A DNA stretch of 63,744 bases, filler included, from Octopus bimaculoides (Eukaryota): the NCBI RefSeq assembly GCF_001194135.2. It is 6 parts of 6 records of this genome, joined end to end, with 100 filler letters (N's around TTAATTAATTAA, not from the genome) between each part and the next. Parts side by side here need not be neighbours in the genome. Positions count along the whole stretch, not along the records: positions 1 to 13,677 come from NC_068989.1; 5 more parts are not named here. The stretch is one strand, 5' to 3'. Every line of letters starts with the position of its first letter. The stretch's first letter is position 1. This document shows positions 1 to 10,689 of the stretch, in pieces. Under the pieces are notes generated by a model. The model saw only the letters and a list, made by a program, of their open reading frames with translations. It was not told the DNA's origin and ran no database searches. Position numbers and translations under genes: made by a program.

Positions 1-639
1 TACGCATGCGTGTCTTTCAATGTGTTTGTGTCTTTTGTAAGTGCATGTGTGTATGGGGAGTGTCTGTATCACCTATATACTCTGTTAATACGTGTTCGTT
101 TGTATTTGTTTTATTTATTTATTTGTTCATGTGTGTGTGTGTGTTTTTTTTTTTGTGTTTAATTAAATTTTGTTAACATATGTAGTATTTAATTCCATTT
201 GTTTATCTATGTATTGTATTATACTTTGTTCATATTATTATTGGTTTATGGGTAACATGTTGTCACATGCTGTGGTTTGTGGTTTGTTAGTGGTGTGTGT
301 TAGTGTTCCATTCTAGTTTCCTATTCAGGCTAGGTTTCTCTTCTATTATGTGTGTAGCTTCAGTAATTTGTCTAAGTGCTGCATCACTGCTATGTGTAGA
401 TAAGATTAAAATGTGTAGATAGAAATTAAAATCTGTGCCCTTTCCAACTCCTTTCCTCTGACTCACAGGTCTACACTCAGAACAGTACCATCCACTCTAA
501 TAATAATAATGCTTTCTTTATTTACCACTAAGGGTTCACAAAAATAATGTTGGAGGTGGTACTGAACGATACAATGTGGGGTTACATAAAGATGCATGTA
601 AAAAGTAGAGAAATGGTGGCAACATAAATTCTAATAAAA

Positions 640-1080
640 ATTTCCCCTGGGAGGGAGACTTCCTAGGACTGCTCATAGAAACCCCACAAAACCACATTCA
701 CCCTGACCACTCAGGCAAATACCCACTTCACATCATTTTCTTTCAATTTAAAGGCATATTCTTAGAGTAGGACCATTCACTGGAACCATTCTTGCCACAT
801 TCAATCACCTTTCAGCAAAATTGCTTGGAGGCAGTGCATCCTTTTCTACCCACACTCTTTTTCACGTGAAATTTGTAAAAGTTGATGAAAGCTTGGCCAA
901 AGAGGAAAGTATCTTGTCTTCAGCCCTTTCAATCTGGCTCTATATAACCTCTTTCGTTAAGGCTGTCAGACAAATAAACACTGCCTGCTCTTCTTAACCA
1001 AAGGAAGGAGGTAGAATGATCTTCATAACAGACTCAGCTGATACCTGAATCCATCCTATATGTGATAGCAGGTGTTTGAC
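640..1080 (-). mobile_element. Decayed 3' end of an L1/Tx1-like LINE ORF2
   Basis: Minus-strand translation with stops (EQAVFICLTALTKEVI*SQIERAEDKILSS...FT*KRVWVEKDALPPSNFAER*LNVARMV) resembles, from memory, the C-terminus of cephalopod Tx1/L1-type ORF2. No catalytic motif is present. Confidence 0.35.
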
Positions 1081-1094
1081 ATAAATTCACATTC

Positions 1095-2060
1095 AGCAAT
1101 TCTTGCATACTGAATGAGAGCATACAGAGCAGTTTCATTATTTGAAGATGTGAATTTAAGATAAACCACCTGCTGTTTGTGGATGACCTAAAACTCTTTG
1201 GATAGTTCTATGAACAGACTGATTCCCTTGTACAGCGAGTTCATACATTCAGCATAAACATAGGAATGGAATTTGGCATAAAAAGTGTGGAGTGCTACTA
1301 CTGAAGCAAGGTACAATTGATAAGATGGAAGGAATTATATTACCAGATGGGCAAGTTATGGAAGAAATTGATGACAACGGTAATAAGTACTTAGGCATCC
1401 TGGAATCAGACTAAATGACAGAGCTGCTATCAAAGGAATATAAATGGAAACTTAAACTGGTGTTAAAGGGAATATTAATTGGTAGGAATAAGATACTGGC
1501 TATCAACACATGGGCTGGCTATCAACACATAGTGCTGGTGTGACAGAGTGGAGAAGTGATGAACTTAAGGAGCTTGATAAAAAGCCCAGGAAAATGATGG
1601 CATTACAAAGGGCTCTACATCCCAAAATTGATGTGGACAGGTTATATTTATTATGACAGAGAGGAGAAAGTGGCCTCATTAGCTGTGAAATGTGTGTGAA
1701 GTCAGGAAAATAATCTGGCATGGTATGTAAAAAATTCAAAGTAGAGATTGATAGCAGGAATAAGAAAGATAAGGATCCTAACCAGTGATGATGCAAAGGA
1801 AAAAGGAGAATTTAAACAAGACAAACAGAATGACACCCTGAATAGATGGTAAGAAAAAAGATGTATGGTCAATTCCTGCACGATAAAGTTGACATAGATA
1901 AGATCTGGGAATGGACTAGGAATAATGACTTGAAAGTTGAAACTGAAGCTCTTATCTTCGCAACCCAAGAACAGGCATTGAGAATGAACTATGTCAAGTT
2001 TGATATTGATAGGTCAGTGACTTTCCCACTTTGTACATCGTGTGGTGAGAAAGATGAAAC

Positions 2061-2062
<2 letters not shown>
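1095..2062 (+). mobile_element. R4/Dong-clade non-LTR retrotransposon fragment (RT C-terminal half up to the CCHC knuckle), pseudogenised
   Basis: Translates to KINHLLFVDDLKLFG, IGMEFGIK, HPKIDVDRLYLL..RGESGLISCE, LKVETEALIFATQEQALRMNY and CTSCGEKDET, with stops and frameshifts. It ends abruptly at an (ATC)n tract. Confidence 0.85.
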
Positions 2063-2091
<29 letters not shown>

Positions 2092-2701
2092 GTCCGCTTT
2101 CCATGCTAGCATGGGTTGGACAATTTGACTGAGGACTGGTGAAACCAGATGGCTACACCAGGCTCCAATCTGATTTGGCAGAGTTTCTACAGCTGGATGC
2201 CCTTCCTAACACCAACCACTTCAAGAGTGTAGTAGGTACTTTTATGTACCACCGGCACGAAGGCCAGTCAGGTGGTACTGGCAACGGCCACACTCAAAAT
2301 GGTGTATTTTACGTGCCACCTGCACAGGAGACAGTTCGGTGGCACCGGCAACGATCTCGCTCAAATATATATGTATATATATTTATATATATATTTACAT
2401 ATATTTATATAAATATTTACATATATTTATATATATATGTATATATATTTATATCACCATCCTCGTTTAACGTCTGCCTTCCATGCTAGCAAGGGTTGGA
2501 CGATTTGACAGAGGACTGGTGAACCAGAAAGCTGCACCAGGCTCCAATCTGATCTGGCAGAGTTTCTACAGCTGGATGCCCTTCCTAACACCAACCACTC
2601 CGAGAATGTAGTGGGTGCTTTTGTGTACCACTGGCACGAAGGCCAGTCAGGCAGTACTAGCAACGGCCATGCTAAAAATGGTGTATTCTACGTGCCACCT
2701 G

Positions 2702-2704
<3 letters not shown>
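2063..2704 (-). repeat. Two tandem copies of a ~270-bp SINE-like retroposon, the first with an (ATC)n tail, separated by an (AT)-rich tract
   Basis: 2089-2358 and 2458-2704 are near-identical (ccatgctagc..ggttggac..tttgac.gaggactggtgaa.ccaga...ctggatgcccttcctaacaccaaccact). Orientation is inferred from the (GAT)n tail on the minus strand. Confidence 0.75.
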
Positions 2705-2736
<32 letters not shown>

Positions 2737-2899
2737 AGAATTTAAAGATTGGAGAAAACGCATGTTATAATTGCATACTTTATTCCTACATATGTTTCAA
2801 AGGATTACAACCTGTGTGATCCATAGGGATCTTTGATATTCCTTGAACTCATATTTAGCTTTCATTTTTCAGAAAATCGAAGTCAGTGGCATCATACAC

Positions 2900-4620
2900 A
2901 ATACAATTAATGATGGTGACAAGCTATCAACTCAGTAAATTTCAAGTCTGATGTTGACAAAGCTTAAACTTTGCCTCCCTGATGTGAGTTCAATAGTCCA
3001 TCCATTTGGTGCAATAGATTGACAGTATTGTGTGCAATTCCAAATATTTTCAAGCAATCCAGAACCCACAAACGAGGAAGCATATATGCATTCTAGAAGT
3101 CTATCCATGCCATCCATAAGTTGGTCTTTGCATCTTTTTCAGTCATTCAGCACTATCATTGAGTTGGTACCTCTACATCCACATTTGCACCCTTTTGGAT
3201 TTTCAGGTAAGATGTTATTTTAGTCCATGAACACATATTGCATTTGCCAGTATTTCAGTTAATAGCTACCACAAGATGGGCAGATAGGATATTGGCCTGA
3301 AGTTGTCTAACATTGTTTCTCCTTGATGCTTCCTAGCATGATACTGTTCTGCCTCTGACCAGCCAACCTGGGAGTTTTATGTGATCTTCAAGTAATGTGC
3401 TCAATTGAACTGCTTTATTTTCATGGCACACTGTAAATTTCTCCACCCAATACCCCTGAACTCCAGCTGGGCCTCCTGCTTCCCATTTGCATTATTTTTC
3501 TACTAAGTCATTGTACATCCTTCTTGTTTATCTTAATGTTTTCTTGCTGAGGATTTATAATAGTTTCTTTCATGTTGCAGAGCAACACTATATTAGTATT
3601 GTGTGTTTCCTCTTTCCCTCATATATTGTTCCAGAATTTTTGTCTTCTTTCTGCATTTGGGGGTGCACATATCTTTGTCTGATGTCAGATTCTCCATTCA
3701 TTTCCCAATAAAATCTTATCTAGTTTGTCAGTTTTGAAGAGCCTGCTTGATTCTCTGATTTTTACTCTCTTGGCTTGCACACATTTTAGTTCTTTGATTA
3801 CTATTGACAACCCTTTGAAATCAATATAATACTTTTGTTTCAACATGTTACATTTGCACTGATTCTTCAGTTCCGCATTTCTTTTTCTGTCTGGTACTGA
3901 TAGGTCACTCTGTATTCTTTTTATGTCTCCAAGAATCCTTCTCTTCTACTATGGTTCATTGTCCATCTTTCTGTTTGGTTTACTCCCATTGCTTAATAGA
4001 CATCTTACTTCAAATCTCATATTTTCTGCCTTTATCAGTCTATTAGTTTCAGTGATATTGTTTGTGGGTATATACCTTTAGATCTTTTTTACTTATCCTA
4101 TTTGCTGCATCAGTTTCCATTGGTCCACTTTTTTAAAGTCTTATATCACTTCAAAATTCTCCATCGTTACTAACTCTATTACTTAATCTGCAATTTTTTT
4201 TGTTTATCTATGATGGTTGTGCCAGTTACCATTTATATCTCTGATAGATAGATTTGTATTTCTTCTGTCATTTGAGGAGCTGTATTGGTCTTCATTATTA
4301 ACAATGTTACATTCTTCTGCATTTTGTCATTTTCATATACTCTTCTCAGAATTATTTCCAGCCCCTTATTCTGGCTTGGTCGCATAATTGCTATTCTATT
4401 GTTTTAATTATTCCTCATTGATGCTATTTCTATATCCTCTTAATGGAACTCTACCATTTGTGGTTTGGCTCCTATAGTAGCACTCCATGACAATTGCATT
4501 TATTTTTTTGTACCACTTTTTCTTCAATTCTCATGCACTAGCAATCACAAGTTGATGCTAGGGCCCATTTTGCTGCGCAGTGGGACACCTGCTGGGTGCA
4601 GCATCTCCCTCACTGGTTTC
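2900..4620 (-). mobile_element. R4/Dong-clade LINE, 5' portion (N-terminal region and RT domains 0-3), heavily decayed
   Basis: Minus strand gives KWEAGGPAGVQGYWVEKFT, PGWLVRGRTV, NFRPISYLPILW*LLTEILANAI and KGCKCGCRGT, the N-terminal RT blocks of R4/Dong elements, with many stops. Confidence 0.75.
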
Positions 4621-5057
4621 AGTCTCATATATGCTGTTATTTATTATATTTCTTTCAGTTATTTCACTCACAGTGATTAATTAAGTGATGTTTTTTTTTG
4701 TGACACCATCACTAGATGAAATACCAACCAATATTTAGAGAAACTCCATCCATTCTCTTTATGAGATGGTTAAACTTCACCAGGCCTCAAAATAGTATTT
4801 CTGCTACTGCACTTGGTTTGTTTTCAAAGGTGTCCTTCTAGGTTGCCTGCTCACAAGCACAACCTACCTGGATATATTTTTGAGATTCACTCCTCAAGAA
4901 TTGTGTTATTATTGATGAGTTACATATTGAGAAGGCATTCAAATTTTTCTCTTTGAGATATGCTCTGTTTAAGTACTACCAAGTACTCCTAAAAAGCTTG
5001 AGTTAATTAAAGGCTGCTCTCAATGCCTTTTGCATTGTTAATATTAAGCCTCTCTAA

Positions 5058-5560
5058 GGTGGCGAGCTGGCAGAATCATTAGCATGCTGGGCAAAATGGT
5101 TAGTGGCATTTCACCTGTTGCTTAGGTATTCTTACCCCAGTTCTCTGTACCGGCTCACAGTTTCTCTCTCTCTCTCCCCACCTCAGTTCAAATTCTGCTA
5201 AGGTTGACTTTACTTTTCATCCTTTCAGGGTCCAGAAAGTAAGTACCAGTGGAGCATTGGGGGTCAGTGCAATCAACCTACTCCCATCCCTGTTCTTGCT
5301 GGTCATGTGCCAAAATTTGAAAGCAATATTAAGGCTATCTAAGGTGGTGAGCTGACAGAATCATTAGCACGCCAGGCAAAATGCTTAGTGGCATTTTATC
5401 CATTTTTACTTTCTGAGTTCAAATTCTGCCAAGGTTGACTTTGCCTTTCATCCTTCAGGGGTTGATGAAATAAGTACCAGTTGAGCACTGGGGTTGATAT
5501 AATCAACTTCTCCCTCCCCCAAATTACTGGTCTTGTGCCAAAATTTGCAACTAATATAAA
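5058..5560 (+). repeat. Two tandem tRNA-derived SINEs (family A, octopus OK/OR-like)
   Basis: Head aggtggcgagctggcagaatcattagca, B-box-like gagttcaaattc, core ttgactttgcctttcatcc..ggggt.gat.aaataagtaccag. Confidence 0.85.
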
Positions 5561-5564
5561 GGCT

Positions 5565-5658
5565 ATCTGCTCCATGGTTGTGACTTCTTTGAAGCTGTAG
5601 TTTGGATTCACCAGTGTTGCTTAGGTATTCTTACCCCAGTACTCTGCACCTACTCACA

Positions 5659-5731
<73 letters not shown>

Positions 5732-5900
5732 CTCTGTTTTTCTAGTCCCTTTCATATTAGCAGCCTTCAGGTCACGGCCATAAAGTTTTAGACCTAATGG
5801 AAAGAGTAAGAAGGAGTCCTTTGTGATGTTTTGGTTCTCTTAGTCGTAGTTATGGGTATTTGTTAGGTCTTCTTTTTCATCTTAAGCATTATGCTGACTC
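5565..5900 (-). mobile_element. Possible ancient CR1/L2-type LINE 3' remnant interrupted by (CT)n
   Basis: Weak resemblance of the minus-strand translation (…RIPKQ…NYSFKEVTTMEQI) to CR1/L2 C-termini. The (CT)n tract lies at about 5662-5730. Confidence 0.25.
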
Positions 5901-6059
5901 AGAAGGGCAAAAGTTAGGTAGGAGACAGTGGTATCTAGTACAAGAAGTGTAAGTTTATATAAAAAAACGAAATACCACAATGGGTGAGAGATGAAAGGGT
6001 TATTATGCATCAAAGGAGAGAATAACAATTAAAATGAAGATTTCCATTATTATTATTAC

Positions 6060-6666
6060 TGAAGACATTTCACAGTATCCAATATTACGAGGTAAATGGA
6101 AGATTTGTGTGTACCAGGGATGAGTACTGACTGTTGTTATTATTGTTGTTGTTGTGATAATTTATTTGTTTGTTTACTATTACTATTATCATTATTATTA
6201 TTTTATTATGGATGTCGCACAGTATACAATATTGTGAGGTTGTTGATTGAAGATATTGTGTTTACCAGGGGTTTGTACTGTTTGTTAAGCCACAACAAGG
6301 ACCTCAGACAGACAGTACCTTACACAATATGTGTGCCATTCCAAGTAATGCCGACTTTTGCAATACATCTAGATTGTAGGGTATTTCTAAAGTTTCCAGA
6401 TGTTTTTTCAGATTGGGTGGTATTGAACCCAATGCTCCGCTGACAATAGGGATAACCTTTATGTTTGACTCTCATAGCTGCCACATCTTAGCGATCTCAA
6501 TTCTCAGGTCTCCATATTCATCAACCTTTTCTCTTTCTTTTATGATGATATGTTGATCTCTTGACACTGCCATGTCAATTATTAGGCACTCTTGTTTGTC
6601 CCTCCTAAAGGTTACTATAACTGGCCTTTGGTGCTCTAATACTTTGTGTGTCTGGAAGTCAAAGTC

Positions 6667-6668
<2 letters not shown>
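6060..6668 (-). mobile_element. R4/Dong LINE 3' fragments (restriction-like endonuclease end plus 3' UTR), two stacked copies in a (TTA)n tract
   Basis: Minus strand reads DFDFQTHKVLEHQRPVIV..DKQECLIIDMAV. 6060-6135 and 6210-6285 are related 3' ends. TTA repeats flank at ~6046, 6140-6205 and 6669-6732. Confidence 0.75.
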
Positions 6669-6732
<64 letters not shown>

Positions 6733-8118
6733 TCAATAATATTAATGCACTAACTTTTTGCTTTTGTATGTACCTGTTGTGCACGTCACACATCTTTGAA
6801 GTGGAAAAACGAGAGAAAGGAGGACAGATAGGAAGTAAGAGAAAAAGAGACAGAGGGAAAGTGAGAAAGAGAGAGAGAGTGAAAGAGAGAGAGTGAAAGA
6901 GACAGTGAAAGAGACAGTGAGTGGTGATGGCATTCGTTTTGTGCTTTTAAATGTTTATCACATCGCAAGAGAAGTAGATACATAAATACATATACACACT
7001 GTTAAATCAAAAGTGGGAGAGAAGAGGGACACAAAGGAAGTGAAAGAGAAAGTGAGAGAGACAGTAAATACATAAATCCAAAGAAAAGTTCATAGATACA
7101 TAGACACAGCAAATATTGGCTGTCAATTTCACTTTTCATTACCACCTGAGGATAAAATGAACTCACAAATGGCTGAGTACTCCACAGACATGCATAACAT
7201 TAATGTAGTTCTCAGGGAGATTCAGCCTCACACAGAATATGACAAGGCTGGCCCCTTTGAATTACAGCTACAACTCAAGACATATATATATGAATGTATT
7301 TGTGTGTGTGTGTATGGTATAGATTAGTTAAAACATGTTTGCAATAATAAGTATCGTGTGGTGGAAATAAATNNNNNNNNNNNNNNNNNNNNNNNNNNNN
7401 NNNNNNNNNNNNNNNNNNNNNNNNNNNNNNNNNNNNNNNNNNNNNNNNNNNNNNNNNNNNNNNNNNNNNNNNNNNNNNNNNNNNNNNNNNNNNNNNNNNN
7501 NNNNNNNNNNNNNNNNNNNNNNNNNNNNNNNNNNNNNNNNNNNNNNNNNNNNNNNNNNNNNNNNNNNNNNNNNNNNNNNNNNNNNNNNNNNNNNNNNNNN
7601 NNNNNNNNNNNNNNNNNNNNNNNNNNNNNNNNNNNNNNNNNNNNNNNNNNNNNNNNNNNNNNNNNNNNNNNNNNNNNNNNNNNNNNNNNNNNNNNNNNNN
7701 NNNNNNNNNNNNNNNNNNNNNNNNNNNNNNNNNNNNNNNNNNNNNNNNNNNNNNNNNNNNNNNNNNNNNNNNNNNNNNNNNNNNNNNNNNNNNNNNNNNN
7801 NNNNNNNNNNNNNNNNNNNNNNNNNNNNNNNNNNNNNNNNNNNNNNNNNNNNNNNNNNNNNNNNNNNNNNNNNNNNNNNNNNNNNNNNNNNNNNNNNNNN
7901 NNNNNNNNNNNNNNNNNNNNNNNNNNNNNNNNNNNNNNNNNNNNNNNNNNNNNNNNNNNNNNNNNNNNNNNNNNNNNNNNNNNNNNNNNNNNNNNNNNNN
8001 NNNNNNNNNNNNNNNNNNNNNNNNNNNNNNNNNNNNNNNNNNNNNNNNNNNNNNNNNNNNNNNNNNNNNNNNNNNNNNNNNNNNNNNNNNNNNNNNNNNN
8101 NNNNNNNNNNNNNNNNNN

Positions 8119-8119
<1 letters not shown>

Positions 8120-8153
<34 letters not shown>

Positions 8154-8395
8154 TGTATGTATGTATGTATGTATGTGTGTGTGCGTGTGTTTGTGTTTGT
8201 CCCACCACCACTGCTGAACAACTGATGTTGGTGCGTTTGCATCCCTGTAATTTAGCTGTTCAGCAGAAGAGACTGATAGAATAAGCACCAGGCTTACAGG
8301 GAATAAGTCTAGGGGTCAATTGCTTTGACTAAAGGGTGGTGTTCCAGTATGGCCACCGTCAAATGACTGAAACAAGTAAAAGAATAAAAGAATAC
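8120..8395 (+). repeat. SINE family B, 3' half (GT/TATG microsatellite core plus tail)
   Basis: tgtttgtccc...caactgatgttggtg.gtt...aataagtc..ggggtc.att.g.tt.gactaaa..ggtg.tccag.atggcc...gtcaaatgactgaaacaagtaaaagaataaaaga. Confidence 0.8.
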
Positions 8396-8574
8396 CAGAA
8401 AAACGTTCCATACTACTAAATCAAGAAGGTTCTTTGAATATATATGATGTATTCTAAGGTTAAATAGTAATTCCGTTTACATTTGTGTAGTTGAAATATT
8501 TTGGTTGGGTTATATAGTCATTGGTGTTACATTACTTTCTATATCCTGTAACTGTCACAATATACTTTTCTAGA

Positions 8575-8720
8575 CCTGAAATTTTTGTGGTGAGGGGGAC
8601 AGTTGATTAGATTGACCCCAGTACACAACTGGTACTTAATTTATTGACCCTGAAAGGACAAAAGATAAAGTCGACCTTGGCAGAATTTGAACTCAGAACA
8701 TAAAAACAAATGGTCAGAAT
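8575..8720 (-). repeat. SINE family A
   Basis: Reverse complement of the family A core (actggtacttaatttattgaccctgaaagga..aaag.taaagtcgacc..ggcagaatttgaactcag). Confidence 0.8.
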
Positions 8721-8807
8721 GTGCAAATATTTCTCATGGTACCAGTACACTGTTTACAGGTGCTTACATTTTTTATGTTTGCTGTGAATTTTTCATGGGT
8801 CCAGCTA

Positions 8808-8842
<35 letters not shown>

Positions 8843-8853
8843 TATCATTATTA

Positions 8854-10579
8854 TATGAAAACTGGCAACTTATTTTGCTGAGTATGATGGAAAGTGTCAG
8901 CTGTCCACAGCCAGCAGACTAAGGTGACACTTGTTTTACTGGTCATGCTTCAAGAACCCTGTGAAGAAGTCTTGCATTTCCAATCAATGCTGATTTTTGT
9001 TGGTGTTCTACCTTCACACTTGCACTGATCTTTTTCAGCCATGTTGGTAGTTGAGTGCTCCAATTACTACTGGTATCACGTCTACTCTCTTCATTGACCA
9101 CAACCTTCATATATTTAGTTGTTTATTTTTTCTTCTTTCATATTGATCCTGTTGTTACCAGAGCATGCTATGTCGATTATCATACATGTTCTTTCTTTTT
9201 TATTCACCACCACAATGTCTGGTTTCCAATGTCTGGTCAGGTGATCGCACTGGGTATTGCATCCCATAGGATTTTGCAGTTCTCACTTTTGGTGACTCCT
9301 TCTGGAGTTTGCTCATGCCGCGTTTTTGCTCTTTGTAGGCTGTGATTTCTGCAGAGTTCCTAATGGTTCATTCTTGCCACATTGTCATGGTGTTGTGCCA
9401 ATTTCAGACATTTGCTAAGGATGTGCCATACTGTTTCACCCCTCTCACAATACATTCTGCATTTGTCACTATCAGTAGTGTTGTCTATTCTGCACTTCAT
9501 ATATTATAATTGGTGCTTAATGCTTGTTCCTGAGCTGTGCATATGAGTGCCCTTATCCATAGCCACCAGTCCTCTGTATCTGTCTTGGCGTTCACATCTC
9601 TTGCAAACTGACGGTATATTTTCTTTTCCTTCCATGCTTTTTCATTTTTTTTGTTCATTTCTTGTTTAAATTTTTCTTTAGCTACACAATTTTCAGTGTT
9701 GATGACATTGGCCTTCTGTGTGTGTTTCAACAGTGGCTCCATGGCATTTTTTATATACCACCCTAGGCTGTTTTCCTCTGCTTCAATACAATCCAGACAA
9801 TTGATTAAACCTCTTCCACCCTTTCTTCTGAATAAGTACAGCCTATCGGTGTCACTCTTAGGATGGAAGGCTCTGTGTACAGTCAACATCTGGTCTTGGT
9901 ATCCATTTTCTTCATTTCTCTCTTTTGCTATTTTATAATTCTTGCTCCATGCCAAAGTGATGCTATTACTCATGTATTAACTGCTTGGATTTTATTCCAT
10001 CCAGTCAATTTTGAGCGCAACACCAACCTCAGTCTTCAGAAATACTCCATCCTCAGTTGCTCTTTCATTTCCTTTGCCATTATCTCATTGAACTCTAGTA
10101 CATCAAGGTATTTGTATCTTTCTGTTTCAATTTGCTTAATCAAGTCTCTATTTGGGAATTCTATCCCTGCTAGGTACTGTACCTTACCTCTTTTTAGGTA
10201 GATTATTCTGCACTTCTTGAGTCCAAATTCCATTCTAATATCAGTACTAAAACAGTGGACGATGTTCACCAAGGAACTCACTTGTGTCTCATCTTTGCCA
10301 TACAGTTTCAAATCATCTATGAAGAGGAGGTGGTTGATTGAGATTTTTCTTTTAGTTGGTACCTCAGGTTTATTATCCTAAGTATCAAGGTCAGTGGTAT
10401 CATGCAGAGAATGAAAAGCAACAGAGATAGGCTATCACCCTGGAAAATCCCTCTTTTGATACCCAGGGTGCCCAAGCTTTTTCTGTAAGATGTCAGTTCA
10501 GTTTTCCATCCCACTGTACTTATCTTCAGGAAACATGTTACATTCCTCGCAATTCCAAACAGATCTAAGCACTTGATCC

Positions 10580-10581
<2 letters not shown>
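8854..10581 (-). mobile_element. 5'-truncated R4/Dong LINE (RT domains 4-7, CCHC knuckle, RLE, 3' UTR) inserted in (TAA)n
   Basis: GIKRGIFQGDSLSLLLFILCMIPL, LFIDDLKLYGKDE, MEFGLKKC, HPKSDTDRLYLFRRKGGRGLINC, KCRMYCERGETVWHILSKC and KPDIVVVNKKERTCMIIDIAC. (TTA)n lies on both sides (8808-8853, 10582-10629). Confidence 0.92.
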
Positions 10582-10629
<48 letters not shown>

Positions 10630-10689
10630 GACAAACAAAGAGCACAGTGTGATTGCAATAGATATTTTATTGATTTAAATCATATTTCA

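Noticed and set aside
7275-8288. Long ORFs spanning N-runs (also at 19.3-20.6, 23.4-24.2, 34.6-35.3, 36.8-37.3, 48.1-48.5 and 62.5-63.1 kb)
   Set aside because: Artefacts of N gaps and flanking dinucleotide or tetranucleotide repeats.
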